Source: the human T2T-CHM13v2.0 reference genome, Homo sapiens. Taken from it: a stretch of DNA of 64,000 nt. Positions 41,976 through 56,230 of this stretch are shown in pieces (within the stretch, counting starts at the first letter, position 1; every line of letters begins with the position of its first letter). The stretch lies in the NCBI RefSeq assembly GCF_009914755.1, contig NC_060931.1, one strand, 5' to 3'. Below the pieces are notes generated by a model. The model searched no databases and had not been told where the DNA came from. It saw only the letters and a program-made list of their open reading frames with translations. The position numbers and the translations under genes were made by a program.

Positions 41976-44900
41976 TTATTACTAATTTTACATAGCTTTC
42001 AACATACATATCTTACACATACTTTGTTAGAATTATCCCTAAGTATTTGATATTTTAGTGCTATTTTAATGGTACTGTTTTATTAATTTTATTTTTTATT
42101 GTCACTATAGTGAATTATGATTTTCATGCATGGACCTTTCATCCTGTGACCTTACTAAACTCATTGATTAATTTTAGTAGCTTTTTTGTAGAGTTTTGGA
42201 TGATTGTATAAATCATCTATCCTAGCCATCATCTGGGGCTAGGACCTCCAGTACAATGTTGAATAGGAATGATGAAAGCAGACATCTTTCATCTTTGCAT
42301 TGTCTTCAATTGTGAGATGAAAGTATTCAGACTTTCACTATTAAGTTACCAGCTCCAGGCTTTTTATATATTCCCTTTATTATCAAGTTGGGGAAATTAT
42401 CTTCTGTTTTTAATTTGCTGAGAGTTGTTTCATAATGGATGCTAAACTTTGTCAAATGCCTTTACTGCCTCTATTGACATGATCATATGGCTTGTGTCCT
42501 TCTTTTAGCTTGTTGATATGGTGCTTTATATTTATTGATTATTTTGAATTCTGATCCAACCCAACTCCTTTAAAAACCCTCCATGGTATAACCTCACTCT
42601 ACCTATGCATCCATATTTTGCAGGAGGTGCAATCACAACCCCTAAGCTGTGGTTTCTCACTATGCTGCTTAACCTTTGACATGCAATGCTCTTTTTCCTT
42701 CACCTATCAAATCCCCATCTCTTTAATTCCACCTCCTCCATGAAGCTATCTCTAATTACTTAAACTCTGTCTCTACGGGCCAATCATTCGGACATGAACA
42801 CTCTTCCAATCCATTTTTCATTCGCCATGTCAAGAAGTGGGAGAAATTGCTAGGGTAAGGGAGGCCTGGAGTGAGGACAAGAGTCAGTGGGGGCGAGTAC
42901 TTAGGAGGCAGGGTAGAATGATATTTGAGGATCACAGTTGGTATTTTTCTCCCAGGACAACAACACAGGGAATTGCTTTAGTTCTGGGGAGATTCCAGTA
43001 ATGTATAATCACAGATAATCCTCCTCCCTCCATTAATGTTCTTGGAACAATTCTGGAAGACTGTGGTCCTTTTTTCCCTTGTGTGTTACTGCAGAGAAAA
43101 AGAGAACCTCTTGTTTCACCCAAAATTCTTTGCAAAAACATGGATAAAATAATAAGGTAAAATGTTACATTTATTCATTCAACAAATGCACAGTAGCACC
43201 TTGTATGAGCCACTTTGCTAAGCTTTTTTACTATATGGGATACAAAAATAAAACCTATTTGACATTTCTGAATTTAACTATATATATTATCTTGTATATA
43301 CTTATTCTTTGCATTGAAATCTTCACTGCTCTGTAATTTCCCACCCCAGAAACACTCAGCTTCCTTTCACTCAAGGAAAAGTGCTATTCGGTACACAAAT
43401 TCTAAAATACATGCTCACAAAAACACATTAACATCAATTTAGCACTATTTTGCATCACTTTACACAACCAGTTTCATTATCAAATATTCATAAAAATAAA
43501 CTTTAATTTTTAAAACCTTTGAATATTTCCTCATAATCTTCCTCGTAATTTCTCCAAATAGAAAAATTTATTGAAGATATAGAAAACTGGTTCCCATTAA
43601 AAATTAAGAATAAAATACACCTTGGTTAAAACCAACTTTTGGGATTAAAACAGTATGTAACTCGGAACAGTGCAGCTTTTGGCAGTCAGGTTTCCTATGA
43701 TGAAACTGGCATCTGTTTTCATGGAAGTATTTTGTTACTTATGCGTCTGGACATCTTCAGCTTTTGACCTTAATAACAGTCTTCAGATGATTATTAAGTT
43801 ACCTTGATAAGAAAATTCAAATTGCAAAATATTTATTTTTAAAATGTATTTGTCTTAGTGTGGCAGACATACTACAGAGGAACTGCCTGGTAAAATAGAA
43901 ATTACCAAATATATTGGATTAGCACTTACCCACCCCCTCGGATCAGAATCTTAAGACACAACAGTAAAACTTTGGTGATTTCCATGATCCAAGATGAAAA
44001 ACAAAGAAGAAAGTCTTATACTGTAAGTAATAGTGGGGATTTTTCTCTCTTATATTAGAACTTAGCTAAAGTTCAGCTGGAATTTACAGGGCTGAATGGT
44101 CAGAATCAAATGTATGGCTTGAACAGAAAACACAAATGAGTTGTCATAGGAATGACAGGCTAGGACACTTGATGAATTCCAGTTTTATGTCTTACTCACA
44201 ATCAAAATACTGTGTCCAAATTGTACCTTGAACAATTTCGGAGTCATCTGCCTGGGAAAGTCTGTATTCCCCTTTCTTCAATACTTGGACACTCTGATTT
44301 TTGGTACGTTTTTCTAGTTAAGCCTTGTGGATGCAAAGTAAATAATTTATTAGTTCTAGGGAAAGATGTAATGGTACAGGAATGAACAGCATAACACAGC
44401 TTATGAAAGGACTGTTTTTAAAGTATACAGCTATGTAGAGAGTATTCTTCAGTGCCTGGCTATAAATCATCCATGAAAACCAATAGAGACCCAGTCCAGA
44501 ATGTTAGAACTGAGAGGGAATATAGGAAGGACCCAGAGGGAAGAGGAATACCTTGCCCATTCCCTGTCAGCTCCCAGAGGGCAATCCACATTGTGGAACT
44601 AATTTCCACAAACACACAGAAGTCCACCCTCTGCACATCCCCAAGCTCTTCTTCTCTGTTCATACCCTCCTCCTTGTAAGGGGTGTCTGCTGTGTTATTT
44701 AACAATATTCAATTCTTTTGTAAAAGACAAGAAAAGCAAATAGAGTTGATACAACTCTTAAGAAATACTCAATATAAATGTAAGTATAAAAGGAGCTTGT
44801 GAGACACAGAAGCTTATAGTAGGTATTAAGCATAGATAGCAAGTTAATGACCTGTGAACTATGTCAGACATAGGGAAAGAAAGAAGCACATCAGTGTGTT

Positions 44901-45727
44901 AAACAAAGGTGAGGATGGAAAGCCCAAAGGCAGCAAAAATTCATGGTCTGTTAAATGTTGATGAGTTAAGAGAGAGGCCAAATATAATATTCATGGGACA
45001 CTGAATAGGCACGAGAGTTTAAATTGCCTCAACTCACTGGTGACACCCATTCTGGCCAGGTATCCTCTGCCTGAGATGTGCAGATAGAATCCACAGCTGC
45101 TCAGTAAGTTAATGTGGAAGCTACTGCTGAGACCAAGCCGATTTGCCCCTGTGTGTCTTCTACAGTGCAAGTGTTGACTCCAGGCACTGTCCATCTGCTG
45201 AGTCCCTTGCTCACAATCAAACCTGGTCCTTGTAATCATGCAGACAATGGAGAGAGCTGATAAGGTGGAAAGAGAGATAGGACCTAGAAACATTGCGTGA
45301 TGCAGAATTCACATAGCATGGTTCTTTTAACCCTCTACCCTCTCCGGTGTCTTCACCTACACCATATCTTTTTTCTTGCATCTCACTCTGTTTTACGTTG
45401 ATTCAATTAACCACAAGCTTTTACAGTTTCAGTTTAGTCTCTGAATCTTTCTATTCTGTGACCTCTGGGATAGTTTTCCTGGTTGTACACTGGAAGATTA
45501 CCATTGCATCAAGGTCATTCCCTTAAAACATCCTGCTTCTCCATCTCCACTGTGGACTCTCAGCCTTGCTGTTCTGCCTGGAGAAGAACCGCCACACGTA
45601 AGTAAGGATCCCAGCAGGCTCCAGATACTACTGTTGAGCTCCTCACACTTAGAACCTCTTAGTGTCATCTAAGTCTAAACTACGAAGTGCCTCCCCATAC
45701 CTGAGACTTTTTAACTGAGTAGGCTAA

Positions 45728-46035
<308 letters not shown>

Positions 46036-46979
46036 TAGGTGAATTTTCTACATATAATTTCCTATTCTTTTACTGTCTTTAGGTTGCTGGTTTTCCATTT
46101 TATTATTTTGTTTTAGTTTTCTTATTTACTTATTTTTTGCTTATCATTACCAAACCCTAACTATTAATGGAATTCAATTGGTTATTAGCTCTCTAATAAA
46201 GGAATATGACAAAGAGAACAAAATTTTTTGCATTATAATTTAATCAGTGTCACTTGACTGTGAACATGTAGTTTATCAGAAGGAAACACGTACCCAACAA
46301 GGGGAAGCTGTGAAAGGCAAAGGATTCTTACATATTTAATATCTTTAAGTGTTTTCTTCTGTTGGGAAAAAAGAATGGCATATTACCTGTAGCTGGTTTT
46401 ATAATATTTTATGTCATAGATTATTTAGTCATGAAAATTAAGAGTGGGATAAAAGTCATATCAATGGAATGTCCTCCCAATCTAAATAGTGGAACTGAAC
46501 TTTACAGAGGGATTTTCTTCTCTTTTGTATAAATTAAAAGTTGATTGTAATTTATGAAATAAACTCATAATCCTGATTCCAAAGCTTGTTCATTTAATAT
46601 TATTTTTATCACTAGTAATTTTGGTATTTTAGACCATTATTGAAAAGATTTCAGTTTCTGAAAGTGTTCCTCCTAATCCTATCTCCCGTCACCCAGTTCC
46701 CTTCTCCACAAGCACCAAATGTTTGTAGTTTCTTTAGTAGAAGAAATTAGATAAAATAGAATGACTCAAGTCACTCAAAAAAATTTAGTTTTTACACTTT
46801 TCTTAAGTTTGGTGAGCATGAGAGGAAATAATTTAATCAATTTCCATCAAAATACATTTTAATATTTTATTATTAATAATAAAGTAATTACTAAAATAGG
46901 TTAAAAGGTTTTTTGAAATGCAAGTGAATTTTCAAATTATATTTTTATATTTACTGAAACAGCTTGAGAAATAAATATT

Positions 46980-47135
46980 ATGCTACTAACTGTGTGATTA
47001 TGCACAAGTGTCTTAGCCTCTCTGTGCATCCATTTCCTCATCTCATAAAAATGAAAATAAGAATAGTGCCTACCTTATAGAGTTATCGTAAGGATTAAAA
47101 CAATGAATGCATGTTAGGTGCTTAGAATAAATGCC
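46980..47135 (+). mobile_element. MIR SINE
   Basis: tgtgtgattatgcacaag...ctctgtgcatccatttcctcatct...aaggattaaa. Confidence 0.75.
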
Positions 47136-50059
47136 TGACAATCATTTGAATTTCTTCTTTTGTGAATTGTTCATGCCCTTTCTTGATTTCTGTATGACAT
47201 GTTTATCCCTTTAAAAAAATGGTAATACTATGCATTCAATATTTATAACAGTTATAAACCAGTTGTAAATACAACAATACTTTAAATTAAATGACATTGA
47301 ATTCTTACCATGTTCCAAGCATTCTGTAAAGCATTTTTGCCTACCTAATCTCATTTAATACTTCAAATAACCTTAGGAGTAGATATGATTATTATCTTCC
47401 TTTGATAGATGAGGAAAAGATTAGAATTATTATTTTTTTATTTTCTACCTATGTGAACTTGGGGAAATTAATTTAGAGGGATAAACACATCATAGGGAAA
47501 TCAAGAAAGGACATGAACAATTCACAAAAGGAGAAATACAAATGATTAAGTGCCAGGCATTATTCTAAGCACCTTACATGCATTCACTATTTTAATCACC
47601 CCCCAAAAAATGTCCTATTGGTAGTTATGTTAGGATTTTAAAAATTAATTTAGCAAGAATTGGCTTCTTTAAAAACAAAAGTAGTTTTCCTGTACAAGTT
47701 TATCTTATATAACTCTGCATATTTAACTCTTCTTTTATACCTCTCAATATATTACTGCAGCTTTATTCGTAGGCCATGTACATGCTTTGGAAGATTATTC
47801 CTGGATGTGTTATAAACTTTCCTTTTTTCTATTCAATAAAAAAAAAATCCCCACCCTCTCTCATCATTATTTATTTTAACTAGATATAAATTATATCTAA
47901 GGAAGTTATTGATTGTTATAAATCTGTTATCATATCTCATCTGTTTCTTTTAGTTCTAATCTTTTTCTGTTATTTTCTCTTGCTGGCCAGGTTATAATCA
48001 AATCATCTACAAAATGGCCATCATCTCTTTTGCCTTTTAAAAATTTTATTATTAAACCTTTATTCCTCTGAACCAAAGTGTCATCTCTGAGGGGTAATAT
48101 CCTTTGGGAGGATAAGGAGATAGTTGGCTTTTCTCAGTCACTTTAACTTACTAGTGTAAATTCACTAATCACATTCTTTCTAGGAGGATATTTAATTAAG
48201 ATGATGTCTTAACTGAGAAAGCAGAGAATGTAGTCGGAGAAAGAAAAAGCTGAGAATTGTTTCTAGGCCTGTGGAGGTCAGATATGAGCAAAGTTGCTAA
48301 TATCTGGAGAAATACCAGAGTGTCCTTTCTTTTGCAATGATTATTAGGGAAGGCCCTGATCTCAAGTGACCTTTCCACTCATCACCCTGGCCCTTTCCCA
48401 GGTCTTGATCTGGCTACTGCTTCCACTTCACTTGATGACAAGAACCAAATGAGAAATGCTTTTACAAGGAGCTTGGCTCAATACCCGCACATTTCCTGAA
48501 TTGCGCAGGGCTGCATGCTTGGAATATGAATGGTAGAATATTCTGGATTTCATTATTACCCAACCAAATAATGAAGCATTTTCCTGCTTCTGGAACTTAA
48601 CACAAACAAAAATAAAAAGCTTTATTACTCTTCACTCTAGTGATCTAAGATTTTTGAATGTTTTTTTTTTTCAAAAGGTGCTAAAACTTAACAGAACAGG
48701 GAGATGACTTTAGTTAGACGAATAACAACATTTTAAATATCTATAAATAACAAGTAGGAGAAATGTCTACTATTTGCAAACTTAAAACTTCTCTCCTGCT
48801 AAGCATCATATGGTTGAAAATAAGCAAAAGAGGAAAGGAGGAGGACAGGAAAAGAGAGGAAGGGAGGAAGGAAAGAAAAGAAGTGGAAGAAACCCTTACA
48901 TGCTTTTCGTTTAAGTGACTTTTCCAGCCACAATTAATTCTCATGTCAGTACTTTTTTTCTTTAATCAATATGCCCTTCTGCAAACCACCTTCCTGAATA
49001 TTTTTGAGGAAAAATTATTTTGGGGATTTTCCAAATGGAAGTACCTTTCTGAAATCTAAAAATGCCTGAGAAAATGATTACCTTTAGACTTAGGTACTGT
49101 TTAAGACTAAAGCTTAAAAGCTTGCTTTAGGGCTCAAAGAGCTAAGACTTTACAAAGTAATTCAGGAATACCTTTTGTGATTATCTTTTTGGAAAATGAA
49201 ATAAGATTAACACCACCTAATGTTTTGGAAATGTTTAAGTAGAAAATGAAAAATCCTAAAATATAAAGGTAGAAGTACTTATTTCATAATTGGATCCACG
49301 TGAACAATATCTGTGATTCACTTATTCAGCAGCCAGGCCTTAAAATTCCATATATTGTAAAGTAGCTTGTTAGAAAAAAAGAAATAAAATTAGCATTATA
49401 CAAATATTTAATTGTAAACATTTAAATATAAAACTCAGTGAATTAATATCACTGTCTTAATCATAGATTGGAACATATTAGTTTTTAAGTATCCTTCAGT
49501 GGACCATATTTCTTGTGCAAGATGGTGATTAACACAAAATAAGTCAAAATAAATGTTGATTTACTTTCAAAAAATTAGATTAATTTATACAGTGAGGTAT
49601 ATTTTGAATCAAAATAAAACTTTTTTTTTTTTACATTTTACCAAAAAAATTGTCATATTCTCTATCGCATAAAGCCATCTAACACCTTCCATAATTTTCT
49701 GCTGTCCTGGTAATTCAAGCCACTCTTTGTTTAATGAAAATGGATGTTGGATACTTGAAACTCTCAGAAATAAAAATGCTCTTCAAAATGCAATTTGCTA
49801 CTATTTGGGGCAATGAATGCTATACTTTCACCTTGAAGTTTGCTCATTAAGCACAGACAGAATTTGTGCCCCAGAATTATTCAGGTATTCATAATTACAC
49901 AAATACTCTAAAAACTTAAATGTTATGTCAAACTTCTATGTCCTTTTATTTATGAGGCAACTCTCCTACAGTTTGGTTTCCTTTTGTCAAATGAAGAATT
50001 TGGCTCGCTTTTCTCTGTGGTTACTGGAAGTTATCTTCTAAACCCTTAAAACTGCCAGA

Positions 50060-50765
50060 GTGTTAGGAGTGTCTCTGATATTCACGGTGGGCCTCTGGGA
50101 CCACACCTGTGCTTATACTAATGAGGTAACTCCTGGTAGGTTCTTTAATAGTTTATGCTAATTCAGTGATTCACAGTGATGGTCAAGCCAGATGTAAAGA
50201 AAGACCAACTACATGAATAGAGACTTGAGGTTTTAAGCTAGGTGATACCAGTCCATCCTCTGGGAAGGAGAGCGGGGTTAGAGATTGAGTTCAACCACAT
50301 GGCCAATGATTCAATCAATCAAGCGTGCATAATGAAATCCCAGGGGAAACTCTGGACACCAAAATTTGGATGAACTTTCCTGGTTGGTGATAAGTATTGT
50401 TACACATTGATGTGCTGGAAGGTAACACGAGCTGACTCCTTCTGTACAGGACAACTGAGGCTTTGTGTTTAGGACTATCTCAGACCTTGCCCTATGCATC
50501 TTTCCTATTGGCTGCTTCTGATTGGTATGTCTTTTGCTATAATAGAACTATAATCATAAGCATAATACTTTCCTAAGTTCTGTGAGTCATTCTAGCAAAT
50601 TATCACACTGGAAGGGGTAATGAGAACCCCTGAATTTGGAGCCAGATGGTCAGAAGCGAGGATGACCTAGGGTCCCCTGAACTTTCAGCTGGTGTCTGTG
50701 ATGTGGGCAGTCGTAGGGGACTATGCCCTTAACCTGTGATGTTTGACCACGTTACTGTCAGAACC
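50060..50765 (+). mobile_element. MER21C-like LTR
   Basis: tggccaatgattcaatcaatca...aactctggacaccaaa...gttctgtgagtcattctagcaaattatc...ccttaacctgtg. Confidence 0.8.
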
Positions 50766-52478
50766 CACTGCAGTCCTAATGCAATGCAGGCAATGATACC
50801 ATGTCCTAATAACATTCTTCTAAGTTTTTTTAATCTTTTATTTTTTGCTTTCCATTCTCTACTTAGTGATTTTATAGGCAAACTGGGAGAATGAGATAGG
50901 GCTTTTAAAAAATATAATTGGGTCAACACTTTTATTACCACTTCCTCCTGTTACCTTCCTAGGGGCTGGGGTGACGTTCTTGCATCAGGATTCATTTCTG
51001 CAAGCTACATTCCAGAACAACATCTTAACTTTGCTAAGTAATTATCTTAATCTCCCAAGTTTGTTTGTTTGTTTTTAAATACTTTACTTCTAAAAGCAGC
51101 CACATTTCTTAGGATCATTATCAGAGTAAACTGATTTAAAAAGCAAATTTTTTCTTATGATTTAGCTCTTTGCTAACTTAAATTATTAGATCAGTTCTAT
51201 TTTATGGAGAAACAATCTATAGAATCACTCCAACTCTTTTCTCTGCTAGGATACTCAGACATTACCCAGGTAAGTGTGCTGGTTATCATGGTCTCTGAGG
51301 TCTACATTGAATACCATATGAGGACTTCTGGCAGCAAACAGTTTGCTGTTAATGAGTAGTGCACCAGATTAAATGTGCCTTAGGCTATGTAAACTGTTCT
51401 CTTATCAAAGGATTTAGTGTTCTCAAGGAAGACCTGCATTGTAAGGGGGGAAAAAAGATCTCAGAATTTCCCTCACCATTATCAAGAAAGTTCATGTTTC
51501 TGATTTTACTTTATGAAATTAAATTTCAAATGAGGAAACAAGATCAAAGAATACAAATGTCTTTGATAGGGGATTAAGAAGCAGTCTATTGGATACATAA
51601 GCACACCCAATACTTCCCCTACTCCAGCCACAACACAGTACCGAAATCTTTGTTTTCTCCTTGTTAAAAAGGGTGAACCTATGAGATTTATGTAAATGAA
51701 CTGAACAGTATCAAGAAATATTTCTATCTAATCCTCACGCTATTTTTGTGCCTGGTAATTTTGGTTACAAGGGTTTGAAAAATGAGGAACTGACACAGTC
51801 ATACCCACTTTATAAAAGCAACACAGCATTCTGCTTCATTTCTCACGAGATACACGGCTTGAATTGGTGCAGAATCGAAATCACGACGAGGGTTATTTAC
51901 AGGCAACTGTCTAAGAGGGAGAAGATGTGGAAGATTGACTCAGCCATGGACCATCTGCCTCTTGAGTTTCCCATTTTACAGCTAGCATTTTTTTTCCTCC
52001 CAATTTGTTAGGCAAGAGGCAAATTTAAAGAAAAAGACAAATGCACTCACACCCTTTTTCTGTCTGGGTTTTACTTCAAGCAGTCATAAGCATACCCCAA
52101 TGGCAGGCCACTGGAGAAAGAACAACCAGGATGTCCAGTATCAGGGCACATCTACCTCCCTTTAGTGCAAGGAATTTCTACATGCCCAAAGTAAACCCAA
52201 CTCTCTGGGGCTTAGTGGGGTGTTTTTTTTTTTTTGGTGTTCTGAAAAGATTATACTCCTATTTATTTGGTTTGTTTGCCTTCATTGAAATCCTGCCTTC
52301 TCCCTCAGACTTGAGGTACCAATAAAATAATGGTACAATATACATAAAAAGAGCATCTGGACAAACAGGTATGCCAATAGACAGCCTAGGCCGCATGTGT
52401 GAATAAGTAGATCATATGAGCCATCTGAGCTTCTTTAGCTGGGTTTCTTATCTTCCAGGAAAAATAAAAGGGGGCTAG

Positions 52479-55400
52479 TGATACAGAAGTGCTGGGCTTC
52501 CAGCCAAACCTCACCCTTAAGCCTGGAACTGCAGCCCTAAGTGAAAACGGCTAATCCCGTTTTTCCGCCCAAATATTGCCTTTTTGGCCCAACCTGCCGC
52601 TATCCTGTGCTCATTAAAGACTTCAGCTGGCAGAGTAATACAAGTGGCTGAGCGACAAGCAGAGAAGCAACTGAGTGTTGGAGACTACAGATAGGCATGG
52701 CTAACCTCAGATAGTGTGTCTTCGCAGAGGAGCCTGGCCAGAGACAGCCAGGCTTCAGGGAAAGATTACCTTCCCATCCCTTTTCCAGCCTCTCTTTCCA
52801 CTGAGAGCCAGCCACTGCTCAATGATGTCTTCCACATTCATCACCTTTCAACAGTGAGTGTGACTGATTCTTCCTGGATGCTGGACAAGAGCCCAGGTGT
52901 CTAGAGGGCAGGGGCTGCCCCCTTGACCCTCTACTGAGCTGATTGGCACTTAGCTGTCCCTGGATGGCAGAGCTGAAAGAGCATTGGTTGTAAGACGCTT
53001 GGATGCTGCTGCTGCAGTGCCCGCATAGAGCCTGCTCCCTCCAGAGAGGAGTGACCAGCCAGTTCCAGCATTTGTTCGCTCTGGTTCCTACAGTTGCTCA
53101 CTCACACACTCCCTCCCGCAAGGAGTGGCCAGCGACAGGCTGAGTGGAATAAGCCACTCCAGGTGCTGCCCACAAAGGGGTCAAGGGAACTAACCCGTCT
53201 CATCTGCTGGCTCACCCAGGTTATGTCAGACAAGTGAGCTCATATGGAAATGTCTCTCTTTTGGGTGAAAGGAACGTTGGTTTTGTGGCTCTGTTTCCCT
53301 TCACAGAGGTCTAGCTGTTGACTAGGACCAGAATAAGGTGCTGAGGAACCGAAGGAATCTGGCTGAGGCTACTCCTCAGTGTTGTTGGAAGGTCCCAAGA
53401 CTGAACTCTGTCCCCGACCACCCTAACAGGCATCGGCCAAGACCCTCAGACTTTGCTGTGGTATCTTTCTATCTTTTCTTCTTTCACGGCTTCAAACTGC
53501 TCCTATCTCTTCTTTAACAATGTTAAACTGCAGATATGTTAGCACACCAGCGCCTGCGAAGCCTTTCCTCCCATGACTGAGGGGTCCTTATCAGGTGAGG
53601 GATACACTGATTAAAGGAACCCATTTCCATAGAGCAAGAAGGTCTTTCCCCCGGTCTCCTTCCTTATGCACTTTAAGCTGTTTTTTTTTTCTTTTCTTTT
53701 CTTTTCTTTTCTTTTCTTTTCTTTTCCAAGTGAGAGGATCCCCTTCCCACCTCAGCACTCTGCTTATGATTGGGAGGCAACAGAGGAGCGACCCCTGCTG
53801 GCTGAGAACTGCAAATTTGGCAAGACCCATCTAGGACTTAATCTAAATGAATCCGCGCAGCTCCTGAAATAACTTTTTGTCTCAAACTAGATTCCAACCT
53901 TCAGATTGAAGCCCTAGAAAGGAAAACCAGATCTGAGGGCTCCAAAGCCAGGCAAAAGACACAGTGTAAGTGGGTGGGACTAATTCCTGCCGATTAAACC
54001 ACTGCTTCATGGAAGGAGGTCAGGCTCCAAGGCATAAATGAGGCCCAGGGACTCGAAGGTTGTCAATAGTAGGGGAGGTAGAGGCATAGGTGAGTGTGGA
54101 TAATTCCTATTCTCTAGGCCCTCCCTGATTCATGGGTGCAAGCCACATTGGCACGCACGGGTGGCACCCGCCAAGGTTGCTGGGACTTGGGGATACAAAG
54201 ACAGAAGAGAAAGGAGATGCCTGCTTTCTCTCTCCCTCATACCCTGGGTTATTGCTGAAAGAAGGAAGGGAATTGAAGGACCCCCCATTCCCTGTCTTTC
54301 AGAATGGGCGGCAAGCTATCTTCACCACCCTTTCAAAGCTAGGTTTGAGTCCCTTTGAGATGATGTATGGACAGCTGTTTCTCACCAATGATCTCTTGCT
54401 AGACCAAGAGAACTCCGACTTAATTAAACATTATAACCTCTTTGGCTCACTTCCAACAGGAATTGAAACAACTGTTGGAGGCCCAGTCGCATGAACTAGG
54501 GCCACCTCTGTTCAACCCAGGGGACCTGGTACTGATGAAAACACTTTTTCCTTTTCTCCCTCTCTGGCGTAGACTGGGAGGGACCTTACACTGCACTTTC
54601 TACTCCTATGGCAGTAAAGTTCACTAAAGTAGATTCTTGGATTCACTATACCCAAATAAAGGCCTGAGAAGCTGACGGGATTACCCGTCAACCCAGAAGA
54701 GCACCCAAAGTACCAATGTGAAGAGATCGGAGACCTCAAGCTAAAAATCTCAAAAGATAAGTGTTAATAATAAACCTTCCATGGATATCCTCTTTATAGT
54801 CTTGCCTACACTTGCTGTTCCTACCTTTGTTCTGTTCTATACCACGAGGCACAATATTGTTTTCAGAATGATTAGTATGTTTTGCTTCTTATTTCTGTAA
54901 TCTTTGGCACTCAATTCTTCCCCTGCATAATACACATATTTGACCCACGCACACGTCACCTTGTAAAACTTGTTTATTTCTCTTGCCTGGAGGCCATCAA
55001 ACTCCAAAGAGGCAGGCAGCTGGAGCCTCAGATGATGGCTTTCTTTTGCTGGGGATCCTTGGGTAGACCTCTGGGAGGAATGTGGCTGTCATTTTCCCCA
55101 AACAACACCCCCTTTCAGCAGGAAGTAGCTAAGACTTGTCATTGTCCATATTCTAAGGGCAGTTAGATGTGCCTCTTCAGAGAAGGGAAATGATACAGAA
55201 CGTCTGGGCTCCTAGCTAAACCCCACTCTTAAGCCTGGAACCACAGCCCTAAATGAAAACAGCTGACCCTGTTTTTCTGCCCAAATATTGCCTTTTTGGC
55301 CTGCCCCACCCCTATCCTGTGTCCATAAAAGACTTCAGCAGGCAGAGCAACTCAAGTGACTGAGTGTCGAGGATACAAGTGGCTGAGCAGTGAGCAGAGA

Positions 55401-56230
55401 AGCAATTAAGCATCAGAGACTATGGATAGACGTGGCTAACTTCAGATGGTGCAGCATCAGAGAGGGGCCAGGCTTCAGGGAAAGATCACCTTCCCATTCC
55501 CTTTCCCACCTTACTTTCTGCCAAGAGCCACCCAATAAAGTGCCACTCAATAAAGTGTTCCACATTCATCAACTTTGTTTTTTTTTTGTTTTGTTTTGTT
55601 TTGTTTTTTTTTTTGAGACGGAGTCTTACTCTGTCCCCCAGGCTGGAGTGCAGAGGCTCGATCTTGGCTCATTGCAACTTCCGCCCCCCAGGTTCAAGTG
55701 ATTCTCCTGCCTCAGCCTCCTGAGTAGCTAGGATTACAGGCATCTGCCACTGCGCCCAGCTAATTTTTGTATCTTGGCCAGGCTGGTCTTGAACTCCCGA
55801 CCTTGTGATCCACCCATCTTGGCCTCCCAAAGTGCTGAAATTACAGGCATGAGCCACCGTGCCTGGCCACATTCATCAGCTTTCAAACAGTTCATGTGAC
55901 CTGATTCTTCCTGGACACCAGACAAGAACTCGGGTGCCAAGAGGGCAGGGGCTGCCTTCCTGACCCTCCACTGAGCTGGTTGGCACTTGGCCATCCCCAG
56001 ACGGCAGAGATGAAAGAGCATTGGTTGTAAAACACTTGGACGCTGCGGCAGGGCCCACACAGAGCCTGCTCCCTCCATAGAAGAGTGACCAGCCAGTTTC
56101 AGTGTTCATTCACTCCGGTTCCCACACTCACTCATCCACACACTCCCTCCCACGAGGAGTGGCCAGCGATTGGGCTGAGTGAAATGAACCACTCCATTTC
56201 CCACCCATGAAGGGGGTCAAGGGAACTATC
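52479..56230 (+). mobile_element. Internally deleted class I (ERV1, HUERS-P-like) provirus with two LTRs of the LTR1/27/28/MER52 group
   Basis: 5' LTR 52479-53202 (TG...CA); degenerate tRNA-Pro-like PBS at 53203-53222; gag ATG at 54304; integrase C-terminal remnants (GLSPFEMMYG, FNPGDLVL); env C-terminal remnant (LEAIKLQ...EPQM); PPT agaagggaaa; 3' LTR from 55191. Confidence 0.88.
55577..55868 (-). mobile_element. AluS inserted in the 3' LTR
   Basis: Reverse Alu with an internal deletion; TSD acattcatca(a/g)cttt; absent at the homologous site of the 5' LTR. Confidence 0.95.

Larger units (their letters stand above)
38261..42560 (-). mobile_element. Old L1M element, fragmented by THE1, MLT1 and L1PA insertions
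   Basis: Reverse L1M 3' UTR/ORF2 motifs (tacctaggagtaggattatt, ccctaatgacta, ttgatgaaatccaatttg, aggacctccagtacaatgttgaatagg) resume after each insertion. Confidence 0.8.

Noticed and set aside
45427-45603. Possible exon ending at cac|GTAAGT (45598)
   Set aside because: Acceptors are weak and ambiguous, there is no coding signal, and such matches are expected by chance
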